Assembly: GCA_020341815.1 (NCBI GenBank)
Contig: CP070837.1
Coordinates: forward strand, 311,035 to 375,034
Reading direction: 5' to 3'
Origin: Candidatus Omnitrophota bacterium
GTDB lineage: Bacteria; Omnitrophota; Gorgyraeia; JAFGHF01
Length of the DNA stretch: 64,000 nt
In this document: one piece after another, positions 55,844 through 64,000 of the stretch
Layout of the letters: each line of letters begins with the position of its first letter
Position numbering within the stretch: the first letter of the stretch is position 1
Notes under the pieces: model-generated
Told to the model about the DNA's origin: nothing
The model's database searches: none
What the model saw: the letters and a program-made list of their open reading frames with translations, nothing else
Translations under genes and position numbers: made by a program

Positions 55844-57243
55844 TGTTGCGCACACACAGCTGTGGAGAGCTAAACGAAAAAAATATAGGCAGTGAAGTAA
55901 CGCTTTGCGGCTGGGTTCATGCTAGACGCGACCACGGAAATATAGTCTTCATCGACCTGCGCGACAAAAGCGGCTTAACCCAGATTGTCTTTTGGGGCAA
56001 AGAACTTGTCCGGCAGATTGCCGAGTTAAGATCTGAATATGTGATATTGATAAAAGGCAAGGTCAATCCCCGGCCCAAAGGAACAGAGAATCCTAAGATA
56101 CCCACAGGTTTGGTTGAGGTTGGCGTCTCCGAATGCGAAATCCTAAACCCCTCTAAGGCAATCCCTTTTGAGATTGCCAAAGACATAGAGGCAACCGAAG
56201 AACTAAGGTTTACCTATCGCTATCTTGACCTGAGAAGGCCGGGAGTCAGCCAAAACCTTATATTGAGACATAAAATCGTTAAAGCGATGAGGGACTTTCT
56301 GGATAAGCAAGAGTTTATCGAGGTGGAAACGCCTCTTTTAACCAAAAGCACGCCTGAGGGGGCAAGGGACTATCTGGTTGCCTCGCGCCTGAATACGGGT
56401 AAATTTTATGCCCTGCCGCAGTCGCCGCAGTTATTCAAACAGATTTTAATGATTTCGGGGCTGGAAAAATATTTCCAGATTAGCAAGTGTCTCAGGGATG
56501 AAGACCTGCGCGCAGACAGGCAGCCGGAATTCACCCAGCTGGATATAGAGATGTCTTTTATTGAAGAGGAAGGCATTTTTTCTCTGATTGAAGAATTGTT
56601 GAAATATATCTTTGATAAAGTCTTGAATATTTCTCTGGAAATTCCTTTCTCCCGATTGACTTACAGAGAAGCACAGGAAAAATACGCTACCGACAAACCC
56701 GACTTAAGGGGGGAGAAAAAAGAGGGCTTTAAGTTTATCTGGATTAATGAGTTTCCTCTTTTTAAATACAATGAAGAAGAAAAGAGATGGGATTCCGAAC
56801 ACCATCCTTTTACCGCGCCTGCAGGCGCCGAACTACTATCTAAAACCAGGGAATTGGGTAAAATTTCCGCCCGGGCATATGATTTGGTGCTCAATGGCGT
56901 AGAAATCGCTTCAGGCAGCATACGAATACATCAAAGGGCGCTTCAAGAGGAAATACTCAAGATTCTCAAAATAGACAAAAAAGAGGCCAGGGCGCGTTTC
57001 GGCTTTTTATTGCGGGCGCTGGATTACGGGGCGCCTCCCCATGGCGGAATTGCCCTGGGGCTGGACAGATTTATCGCCCTTTTAAGAAACCAGACGAGTA
57101 TCAGGGAAGTAATTGCTTTTCCTAAGACACAAAAGGGGGTCTGTCCCTTAACAGGTGCGCCTTCCGATGTATCCGCAGCACAATTAAAAGAATTAGGATT
57201 GAGTATTAAGAAACCGAAAAAGAAAAGGAGGGGGGTAAGATGA
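55843..57243 (+). CDS. aspS: Aspartyl-tRNA synthetase, bacterial-type core but lacking the GAD insertion domain (466 aa)
   Basis: FYALPQSPQLFKQILMISGLEKYFQISKCLRDEDLRADRQPEFTQLDIEMSF motif 2 and HGGIALGLDR motif 3. DKPDLRGEKKEGFKFIW directly replaces the usual insertion of about 130 aa. Confidence 0.88.
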   Translation: MLRTHSCGELNEKNIGSEVTLCGWVHARRDHGNIVFIDLRDKSGLTQIVFWGKELVRQIAELRSEYVILIKGKVNPRPKGTENPKIPTGLVEVGVSECEILNPSKAIPFEIAKDIEATEELRFTYRYLDLRRPGVSQNLILRHKIVKAMRDFLDKQEFIEVETPLLTKSTPEGARDYLVASRLNTGKFYALPQSPQLFKQILMISGLEKYFQISKCLRDEDLRADRQPEFTQLDIEMSFIEEEGIFSLIEELLKYIFDKVLNISLEIPFSRLTYREAQEKYATDKPDLRGEKKEGFKFIWINEFPLFKYNEEEKRWDSEHHPFTAPAGAELLSKTRELGKISARAYDLVLNGVEIASGSIRIHQRALQEEILKILKIDKKEARARFGFLLRALDYGAPPHGGIALGLDRFIALLRNQTSIREVIAFPKTQKGVCPLTGAPSDVSAAQLKELGLSIKKPKKKRRGVR

Positions 57244-57818
57244 AAAAGCATACCTTGATGATGACGCTTCTATTGGGATTTATCTGCATCCAGATGACTG
57301 GATGCGCCAGAAATGTACGCACTACCACTCTGCACAAACCCAGGGCAGACCAGGAGGTTTCCGGAAATCGCGGATTTGTCTCCGGGGAAGCAACGGATGC
57401 TCCAAAAGAACCTGCATTTACAGAGAGAAAAGTCTACCAGCTTGAAGTAGAATTGCCGCAGTGGGGACAAAGAAACGCAGAGGCAGCAGAAAAGACTTCG
57501 GATAGTGCTCTTTGGGGGAACAGGGGATATATTTTCGGCGGGCCTTATGAGAGAGAAAAAGCCGTGATACAAGAAACGCCGATTACGAAATTCAAGGAAA
57601 AAGTATCTGAAATATTTAAACCTGAACCAGTGACTCAAAAATGCACTTACAAAACCAGAAAGGGTGACACCCTGCAGAAGATTTCGCAAAAGTTCTATGG
57701 CACAACCAGAAAATGGACTCTACTCTATCAGGCCAACAGAGATAAGTTAGAGAGCCCGGATGAGCTTTATCCCGGACAGGTCCTGGTTATTCCTGAAGTA
57801 AAAGAATATAAAAAATAA
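57240..57818 (+). CDS. Lipoprotein with a C-terminal LysM domain
   Basis: MKKHTLMMTLLLGFICIQMTGC lipobox. C-terminal TYKTRKGDTLQKISQKFYG...LYPGQVLVIP LysM. Confidence 0.7.
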   Translation: MKKHTLMMTLLLGFICIQMTGCARNVRTTTLHKPRADQEVSGNRGFVSGEATDAPKEPAFTERKVYQLEVELPQWGQRNAEAAEKTSDSALWGNRGYIFGGPYEREKAVIQETPITKFKEKVSEIFKPEPVTQKCTYKTRKGDTLQKISQKFYGTTRKWTLLYQANRDKLESPDELYPGQVLVIPEVKEYKK

Positions 57819-57823
57819 CCTTA

Positions 57824-58768
57824 ATGCAAAAAATAATAAAATTACGTGGTACCGAAGAGGCGCGCAAGCTCTTCGGGAATCAAGACGAAAACCTGAAATT
57901 CATTGAAACTGAGTTTTCTGTAAAGGTTTTCGCCCGGGGCGAAAACTTCACCCTCAAGGGTGAGGCCCTGAATGTCCAGAAAGCGCATCATTTCTGCCAG
58001 GAGCTTCTGGCAATAATCAGAAAGGACGGAGTGCTCAAGAAACAGGAGCTGCGCTATGCCGCTAAATCAGTAAACTCAGGCGCCATTAATAAATTCGGAC
58101 ATATTTATATGGACAGGATCGAGGTATCGGCAAAAAGAAAATATGTAGTCCCCAAGACCAAAGGGCAAAAAAGCTACATAGACGCAATCAGAAATTACGA
58201 TATAGTCTTTGCCATCGGCCCCGCAGGCACGGGCAAGACATATCTGGCAATGGCCCTGGCCGTTCAGGCCTTGACGAGACATGAGATCTCCCGCATTATC
58301 CTCACCCGTCCGGCAGTAGAGGCCGGAGAAAGCTTAGGCTTTTTGCCCGGTGATTTATACGAAAAGGTCTCGCCGTATTTACGTCCTTTGTATGATGCCC
58401 TTTACGATATGCTGGAGACGGAAAAGATAGAATCCTACACCAAGCGGGGAATAATCGAAGTAGCGCCCCTGGGTTTTATGCGGGGCAGGACTCTTAACGA
58501 CGCTTTTATTATCTTGGATGAAGCCCAAAACTGTAAACCCGAGCAGTTGAAGATGTTTCTCACCCGCTTAGGGTTCGACTCCAAAACAGTAATTACGGGC
58601 GACATAACTCAAAGTGACTTACCCGGAGGAAAACCCACAGGGCTCATTCAGGCGCGCGATTTGCTCGGAGACATTAAAGGCATAAAGTTTATCCATCTGA
58701 GCGACCAGGATGTAGTCAGACACGAGCTGGTTCAGGAAATTATCAAGGCCTATACCAAAAAGGGATAA
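57824..58768 (+). CDS. phoH: PhoH-like ATPase
   Basis: AIGPAGTGKTYLAMA Walker A. ILDEAQN. KH-like N-terminus. Conserved neighbourhood with ybeY. Confidence 0.9.
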   Translation: MQKIIKLRGTEEARKLFGNQDENLKFIETEFSVKVFARGENFTLKGEALNVQKAHHFCQELLAIIRKDGVLKKQELRYAAKSVNSGAINKFGHIYMDRIEVSAKRKYVVPKTKGQKSYIDAIRNYDIVFAIGPAGTGKTYLAMALAVQALTRHEISRIILTRPAVEAGESLGFLPGDLYEKVSPYLRPLYDALYDMLETEKIESYTKRGIIEVAPLGFMRGRTLNDAFIILDEAQNCKPEQLKMFLTRLGFDSKTVITGDITQSDLPGGKPTGLIQARDLLGDIKGIKFIHLSDQDVVRHELVQEIIKAYTKKG

Positions 58769-58774
58769 AGGAAA

Positions 58775-61018
58775 ATGAAAAAGAATTTTCAATGGAAGAA
58801 AACAAGATATAGGGCCGTACAGACTACCACCCGGGGAGTTCTGGCAATAATTATTTGTCTGGCTACAATCTTTACCGTCTACATCGGAAGAAAACCTTAC
58901 GGCGAGGAGCTCAAGGAAGGAGATATTTCCTTAAGGACGATATATGCGCCGATAGATTTTAAATATCAGATAGGTGTAGACGAAGAAAAAACTGAAATTG
59001 CACGCAAAGAAGCAATGGCGGCAGTTGAAGAAATCTATGAAATAGAAGCGCAAACTATACAAAATACAAATGAAAAGCTCGATAACTTTTTCGCACAGAT
59101 TATCCTTGTTCAAAACTCAAAAGAAATTGAAGAAAATGAAAAATTAAAAAGAATAAAGGAGGCTTTAGGCCTTGAGCTTTCCGATCCTGATTTAAAGACT
59201 TTTCTGTCTGATGTCAACCCTGAAGAGACAAAAAATAAAATCAAAACTCTCTTGAAAAGGATTTTCACTAAAGGGATAATCTCCGGTGAATTGGAAAACA
59301 AGATAGCCGAATCCGGACAAAACTATGTCGTACTGAAAGATATAGACGGAACAGAGGAAACCAAAGTCTCCATAGAGAGATTTTCTAACATGGCCAAGGC
59401 AAAAAAAGAAATTGCCGTTGACGTGCAAAACCTGATGCCGGAAAACCGAAAATTGAGAATAGCGGCGATATCCCTGAGCGAGCTTTTACTCAAACCCAAT
59501 GTCCAATTTAACGAAGAGCTGACTAATCAAAAGCGGAAGCTCGCCTATGAAAACGCTCCTTTACAATATAAGGAAAGGGAAGTCAAGAAGGAAGAGTTGA
59601 TTATAGCCCGCGGCGAAAGAGTCCTCAGGGAGCATCTGGTCAAAATCAAAGCAATTTTCCGCCAGCAAATTAAGGCCAATCGCTTTATGTTTTTCTCCGG
59701 AGCGTTAATGTTGACTTTGATCTTCCTGGCCATAATTTCTATTTATTTAAAGTCCTACGAACCCAGGATATATTTAAGCACACGCAAATTAACAGCAGTG
59801 GCTATTTTATTTATTTTAATACTTATTCTGGCCAAAATCATCACCTATTCTCCACTGCCGAGTTATGCAATACCCACTGCCATTGCCTCCATACTTATAG
59901 CCATGCTGGTCAGTCCCCGACTGGCTATTATTGTCACCGGCATCCTGAGTATCCTTATAGGAATCATTGCCGGAGATAAGCTCAATATAGCCGCAGTGTG
60001 TTTTATAGGCGGTGTGGTGGGCGTATTTTTCATTAAAGGCGCACGGCGGCGTTCGCAAATCCTCATGACGGGATGCCTTGTGGGCCTGGCCAATTTCCTC
60101 ACTATCTGTGCGATTGAACTTCTGCATGGATTAAAATATACGGTGCTTTTAAAAGAAGGTTTCTGGGGGATAATTAATGGCTTAGGCTCGGCGGTAATTA
60201 TTACCGGAATCCTGCCTGTATTCGAAGGCCTCTTTAATATAACTACCAATATCAGCCTATTGGAGTTGTCGGACCTGAACCATCCTTTATTAAAAGATAT
60301 GGTTTTTAAGGCCCCGGGCACATATCACCACAGCTTGATCGTGGGAAATCTGGCCGAGGCCGCCAGCGAAGCCATCGGGGCAAACGCCCTTTTGGCGCGG
60401 GTGGGTTCATATTTCCATGATATCGGTAAAACCGAAAAGGCGGAATATTTCAGCGAAAACCAGATAGGCACGGCCAAAAAGAAACACGATACCCTAACCC
60501 CCAGCATGAGCAGCCTGATTATTACCAACCATGTCAAAGACGGAGTGGAGCTTGCCCGTAAATATAAACTCAATCAAGCGGTAATTGATTTTATCGAACA
60601 GCATCACGGTACAAGCCTTATTTATTATTTTTATCAACGGGCCCTGGAAAAGGCGGAAGAAGAGCTGCCCAAAGAGGAAGGCTTCCGCTATCCCGGTCCC
60701 AAGCCGCAGAGCAAGGAAACCGCAGTCGTGCTTCTGGCAGATTCGGTGGAAGCGGCCTCACGCACACTGGCTGACCCCACGCCGGCAAGAATAAAGGGCC
60801 TGGTGCGCAAAATTATCAACAATAAATTCATCGATAATCAGCTCGATCAATGCGAGCTGACCTTAAAAGACCTGGAAGTAATTAGCGATATCTTTGCCCA
60901 TATCTTGATGGGGATATTTCATTCCCGGGTAGAATATGAAGAAAAAGAGAAATCCGGAGAAACATTAAAGAGTGAAAATAAGAATAAAAAACAACCAAAG
61001 AAAAATAACCATAAATAA
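58775..61018 (+). CDS. 7TM-receptor HD-domain phosphohydrolase (7TMR-HD / YqfF family)
   Basis: Extracellular 7TMR-HDED-like N-terminal region, 7 TM helices, C-terminal HD domain (HHSLIVGNLAEAASEAIGANALLARVGSYFHDIGK). Conserved phoH-yqfF-ybeY-dgkA order. Confidence 0.85.
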   Translation: MKKNFQWKKTRYRAVQTTTRGVLAIIICLATIFTVYIGRKPYGEELKEGDISLRTIYAPIDFKYQIGVDEEKTEIARKEAMAAVEEIYEIEAQTIQNTNEKLDNFFAQIILVQNSKEIEENEKLKRIKEALGLELSDPDLKTFLSDVNPEETKNKIKTLLKRIFTKGIISGELENKIAESGQNYVVLKDIDGTEETKVSIERFSNMAKAKKEIAVDVQNLMPENRKLRIAAISLSELLLKPNVQFNEELTNQKRKLAYENAPLQYKEREVKKEELIIARGERVLREHLVKIKAIFRQQIKANRFMFFSGALMLTLIFLAIISIYLKSYEPRIYLSTRKLTAVAILFILILILAKIITYSPLPSYAIPTAIASILIAMLVSPRLAIIVTGILSILIGIIAGDKLNIAAVCFIGGVVGVFFIKGARRRSQILMTGCLVGLANFLTICAIELLHGLKYTVLLKEGFWGIINGLGSAVIITGILPVFEGLFNITTNISLLELSDLNHPLLKDMVFKAPGTYHHSLIVGNLAEAASEAIGANALLARVGSYFHDIGKTEKAEYFSENQIGTAKKKHDTLTPSMSSLIITNHVKDGVELARKYKLNQAVIDFIEQHHGTSLIYYFYQRALEKAEEELPKEEGFRYPGPKPQSKETAVVLLADSVEAASRTLADPTPARIKGLVRKIINNKFIDNQLDQCELTLKDLEVISDIFAHILMGIFHSRVEYEEKEKSGETLKSENKNKKQPKKNNHK

Positions 61019-61376
61019 AAAAGATATAGCCAGAATCGCCGAAAAGATTCTTAAAATAAAAGGTTTCGAAAACGCAGAATTAAGTATTTTATTTACCGGA
61101 AAAAGAAATATCTGCGCGCTCAACAAAAAGTTCAGAAATATAAACAGGCCCACCGATGTCCTGGCCTTCAGCATGCGCGAAGGAGAGGATGCCGGCTTAC
61201 ACCCTGAGCTTCTGGGTGATGTGGTAATTTGTCCGGAAATTGCGCAAGGCGAAATTTATCTTTGTCTGGTGCACGGCATATTACATCTTCTTGGGTTTGA
61301 TGACTCGACTGACAAGAAGCATTCTATAATGAAAAGGGAGCAGTCACGAATCCTAAGGCAGGTTACCCAAAAATGA
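60972..61376 (+). CDS. ybeY: rRNA maturation endoribonuclease YbeY. The start overlaps the preceding gene by 47 nt and is uncertain.
   Basis: HGILHLLGFDD zinc-binding H..H....D/H motif. 134 aa. Confidence 0.8.
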   Translation: MKIRIKNNQRKITINKKDIARIAEKILKIKGFENAELSILFTGKRNICALNKKFRNINRPTDVLAFSMREGEDAGLHPELLGDVVICPEIAQGEIYLCLVHGILHLLGFDDSTDKKHSIMKREQSRILRQVTQK

Positions 61377-62074
61377 AAAAACAAAATCTCGTTCAAAGCT
61401 TCAATTCCGCAATCGAGGGTTTCATTTATGTGGTCAAGACCCAGAGAAATATGCGCCTTCACTTTTTAGTGGCTATTTTGGTGCTTTTTTTGGGAATCTA
61501 TTTGAATTTGGAAAAGGTGGAAATCCTGCTTTTATTCATAGCTATCTGCTTTGTAATGCTTGCGGAAATGTTTAATACAGCCATAGAGATGAATACAGAT
61601 TTACTTGAAGAAAGTTTCAATCCCATAGTGCGCATAATCAAAGATATCTCTGCGGGATGTGTGTTAGTGGCTTCGGTAAATGCCTTTATTGTGGGGTATC
61701 TTTTATTTTTAAGCCGGCCATGGAAGGTGCATATCGAAAGCGGAATAGACAAAATTAAGTCTTCCCCCTGGCATATTACGCTGATAACCCTGGTTGTCGT
61801 TTTATTTCTGGTTCTCTTAAGCAAGGCTCTCCTGCACAGAGGCACTCCCTTAAGAGGGGGCATGCCCTCGGGGCATGCGGCGCTGGCCTTTTCCATCTGG
61901 ACAACCATCTCTTTTCTCGGGACCAACCATATAGCAATAGTCCTGGTTTTTATTCTGGCTCTTTTGGTAGCGCGTTCAAGGCTCGCAGGAGGCATCCACA
62001 CCATCTGGGAAGTAATTGCAGGGGCGGCGTTAGGGGTGCTTGTGCCTACATTGATATTTCAAATATTGAGATAA
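61373..62074 (+). CDS. dgkA: Fusion protein: N-terminal diacylglycerol kinase (DgkA-type, about 120 aa) plus C-terminal PAP2-family lipid phosphatase
   Basis: N-terminus AIEGFIYVVKTQRNMRLH...EMFNTAIE (DgkA). C-terminus KxxxxxxRG...PSGHA...SRxxxxxH PAP2 motifs (RGGMPSGHAALAF; SRLAGGIHTIWEV). Confidence 0.75.
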   Translation: MKKQNLVQSFNSAIEGFIYVVKTQRNMRLHFLVAILVLFLGIYLNLEKVEILLLFIAICFVMLAEMFNTAIEMNTDLLEESFNPIVRIIKDISAGCVLVASVNAFIVGYLLFLSRPWKVHIESGIDKIKSSPWHITLITLVVVLFLVLLSKALLHRGTPLRGGMPSGHAALAFSIWTTISFLGTNHIAIVLVFILALLVARSRLAGGIHTIWEVIAGAALGVLVPTLIFQILR

Positions 62075-62102
62075 TTAATCTTAAAATTACCGGGAGTGAA
62101 AA

Positions 62103-62720
62103 ATGTTTAATAAAATAAAAAATAATTTTCTTACCGGGCTTGTGGTAATCCTTCCTCTTATTCTTACTATAATAATTTTCCGATTTCTGATAAAACAGAT
62201 TAACGATATTGTGCTGGTGCCGACAATGGAATTATTGGGTCTGCATTTCTATAATCCTTATTGGGTATATATATCCAGAGGCATCGGTTTTTTGATTATA
62301 GTTCTACTTATAATCTTAATCGGCCTGGCAACGAGATTGCTTCTCTTGCGTAAATTTTTCGGCTTCTGGGAAAAGCTGATAGCAAAAGTGCCGATGCTCG
62401 GCAAAATCTATATTACTATAAAACAGATAAGCCGCGCATTTTTAGGGCAGGGTAAATATGTATTTGATAAGGTGGTACTGGTCGAGTATCCGCGCCGGGG
62501 CATATATTCCCTGGGTTTTATTACAGCCGAAGGCTGCGAAGAAATCCAGGAAAAGACTAAAACAGGCAGCGTTTATGTCTTTTTACCCACTACCCCTAAC
62601 CCTACCAACGGCTTCTTCTTAATCATCCCCAAAGAGGAGGTCGTACCGCTTTCGATGTCCGTGGCCGATGCTTTTAAACTTATTGTTTCCGGCGGAACCT
62701 TCTCGCCGCCACATAAATAG
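62103..62720 (+). CDS. DUF502-family membrane protein
   Basis: 205 aa with two N-terminal TM helices and the conserved core of the DUF502 (COG2928) family. Its stop TAG is the first base triplet of the family-2 repeat. Confidence 0.6.
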   Translation: MFNKIKNNFLTGLVVILPLILTIIIFRFLIKQINDIVLVPTMELLGLHFYNPYWVYISRGIGFLIIVLLIILIGLATRLLLLRKFFGFWEKLIAKVPMLGKIYITIKQISRAFLGQGKYVFDKVVLVEYPRRGIYSLGFITAEGCEEIQEKTKTGSVYVFLPTTPNPTNGFFLIIPKEEVVPLSMSVADAFKLIVSGGTFSPPHK

Positions 62721-62810
62721 TATCTAGTATCTAGTCGTTAGTATCTAGTTAAAATTTTTTTGTCTTTTACTAGATACCAGATACAAGCGACTAGCGACTA
62801 ATTAGCGACT
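62718..62810. repeat. Family-2 repeat element, copy 3: (TAGTATC)x2, TAGTCGT, TAGTATC, an AT-rich core, then inverted ACTAGATACCAGATACAAGCGACTAGCGACT
   Basis: Direct reading. Aligns with copies at 1657 and 47821. Begins with the stop codon of the upstream gene. Confidence 0.75.
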
Positions 62811-62816
62811 AATAAT

Positions 62817-63578
62817 ATGGCTATCCAGAAAAGCGAAGCGATTGTCTTGAAAACTTCTGACTTTCGCGAAACCAGCCTCGTGGTAAATCTTTTCACAAAG
62901 GATTTTGGCAAGCTCGGCGGCCTCATCAAAGGCATAAGGCTTACCCCCCAAAGATACGGGGGAATGCCTCTGATTTTCTCCCGCAGCTCCATTGTGTTTT
63001 ATCAAAATCCCAAAAGAGATTTAAGCCTGGTTACCCAGTGCGATGCCCAGGAACAATTCCTGCCTATCCGGGAAGATTTAGAAAAGACCGCTTACGCCAA
63101 TTATTTTCTCGAGCTTCTGGATACGGTTACCCAGGATTATGATAAAAACGAAAGGCTTTTTGAATTAACGGTCGATGCCTTAAGAGCCCTTTGTCATACC
63201 CGGGAAAGCTGGCGGATTGCCCGCATATTCGAAATTCGGCTTTTGAATTTTTCAGGGTTTAAGCCGCGCCTGGATTCCTGCGTCAACTGCCAAAAAGAGA
63301 TTGTTCAAGAGGCCCGCCTAAAGACTGGCGGGCAGGGCAGATTTAGTTCAATCCTGGGAGGCATACTTTGTGAGCGCTGCTTTGGGCATGATAAAAATGC
63401 CCAGGCAACACTAAAAGGAACCCTGGCCTCCATAGAGTATATTGAAAAATCGGACTGGTCCAAGGCACTGCGTCTTAAAATAGCTCCTGATATAGCGGCA
63501 GAGCTGGTAACCATTTTGAATAGCTTCCTGGATATCCACTTAGACAAAGAGATCAAATCCCGAAAATTTTTACACTGA
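62817..63578 (+). CDS. recO: DNA repair protein RecO
   Basis: MAIQKSEAIVLKTSDFRETSLVV OB-fold N-terminus. C-terminal CVNCQKE...CERC zinc finger. Confidence 0.85.
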   Translation: MAIQKSEAIVLKTSDFRETSLVVNLFTKDFGKLGGLIKGIRLTPQRYGGMPLIFSRSSIVFYQNPKRDLSLVTQCDAQEQFLPIREDLEKTAYANYFLELLDTVTQDYDKNERLFELTVDALRALCHTRESWRIARIFEIRLLNFSGFKPRLDSCVNCQKEIVQEARLKTGGQGRFSSILGGILCERCFGHDKNAQATLKGTLASIEYIEKSDWSKALRLKIAPDIAAELVTILNSFLDIHLDKEIKSRKFLH

Positions 63579-63678
63579 GGGCGCTGAATTATCACTGAAA
63601 GCACTGAAAAAAATGACACTGAGAACACTGAATAAAACTCAGCGGCCTCAGTGGTCACTCTTCAGTGATTTCAGTGAC
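63573..63678. repeat. Family-1 repeat element, copy D: three direct CACTGA-based units then inverted units (CTCAGCGGCCTCAGTGG and CTTCAGTGATTTCAGTGAC). The recO stop TGA is the CACTGA of the first unit.
   Basis: Direct reading. Same architecture as copies A-C. Confidence 0.7.
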
Positions 63679-63686
63679 AAAAATTC

Positions 63687-63715
63687 TTGATTTAGAGACG
63701 AAATTGTGTTAAATT
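63687..63715 (+). promoter_or_regulatory. Putative promoter TTGATT-17-TAAATT (with TGT before the -10) directly upstream of glyS. Short leader.
   Basis: Spacing and motifs read directly. The ATG at 63725 lies about 10 nt after the -10 with no SD. Confidence 0.35.
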
Positions 63716-63724
63716 AAACAGACT

Positions 63725-64000
63725 ATGGCCAAGGCAAAGACAGAAACATCAATGGAAAAAATCACCTCTCTGTGCAAGCGCAGGGGCTTTATCTTTCAGA
63801 ATAGCGAAATCTATGGGGGCCTGGCCAGTACCTGGGATTACGGGCCCTTAGGAGTAGAGCTTAAGCGAAATGTCAAAGAGGCCTGGTGGGCAAGTTCTGT
63901 TTATGAAAGAGACGATATTGCCGGACTCGATGCGGCAATCCTGATGCATCCTAAAGCCTGGCAGGCTTCCGGGCATGTGAAAAGCTTCTTCGATCTTTTA
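63725..64000 (+). CDS. glyS: Glycyl-tRNA synthetase, dimeric (alpha2) class II type. 5' fragment that continues beyond the window.
   Basis: [55 protein letters not shown], the canonical GlyRS(alpha2) N-terminus. Confidence 0.85.
   Translation, partial: MAKAKTETSMEKITSLCKRRGFIFQNSEIYGGLASTWDYGPLGVELKRNVKEAWWASSVYERDDIAGLDAAILMHPKAWQASGHVKSFFDLL

Overview
The window is a bacterial chromosomal segment, about 45-50% GC, with genes almost all on the + strand and tightly packed. Many adjacent genes share an ATGA/TAATG/GTGA stop-start overlap.

Gene content:
- It opens inside the S10-spc-alpha ribosomal protein super-operon: rpsC, rplP, rpmC, rpsQ, rplN, rplX, rplE, rpsZ (Zn type), rpsH, rplF, rplR, rpsE, rplO, secY, adk, map, infA, rpmJ, rpsM, rpsK, rpsD, rpoA, rplQ. 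There is no rpmD (L30).
- Next come two class-I aminotransferases, a LeuC/LeuD-type dehydratase pair split by pilT, isocitrate dehydrogenase and malate dehydrogenase.
- A glycolipid/envelope cluster follows (GT28, LpxL-like acyltransferase, GT2), then pcm and a membrane / Cys-rich / TonB-like module.
- Then rpsU, an M16 peptidase, aroQ, pepP, efp, accBC, pfkA, gmhA with an rfaE-domain-II gene, and thi genes (thiE, thiC).
- Then tRNA-Gly(CCC), a LysM-M23 peptidase, an AAA ATPase-phosphoesterase-dGTPase operon, a GAF/HD-GYP protein, a SPOR protein, an S2P protease and aroB.
- A minus-strand exeA/gspB pair precedes dnaE, HU, hisS, aspS, phoH, a 7TMR-HD protein, ybeY, a dgkA-PAP2 fusion, recO and the 5' end of glyS.

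Three families of intergenic repeat elements recur at gene 3' ends:
- Family 1 (4 copies): arrays of CACTGAA(AC) units in direct then inverted orientation.
- Family 2 (3 copies): arrays of TAGTATC/TAGTCGC 7-mers around an AT-rich core.
- Family 3 (3 copies): a roughly 117-bp element closed by a 13-bp inverted repeat (ACCCCGCCCTTCC / GGAAGGGCGGGGT).

Each family begins with or contains the upstream gene's stop codon. Family 3 ends in GGAAGGG-GTG, supplying the Shine-Dalgarno sequence and GTG start of the downstream gene. The six-frame track missed three small genes that I called by hand: rpmJ, rpsU and a Trm112-like gene.
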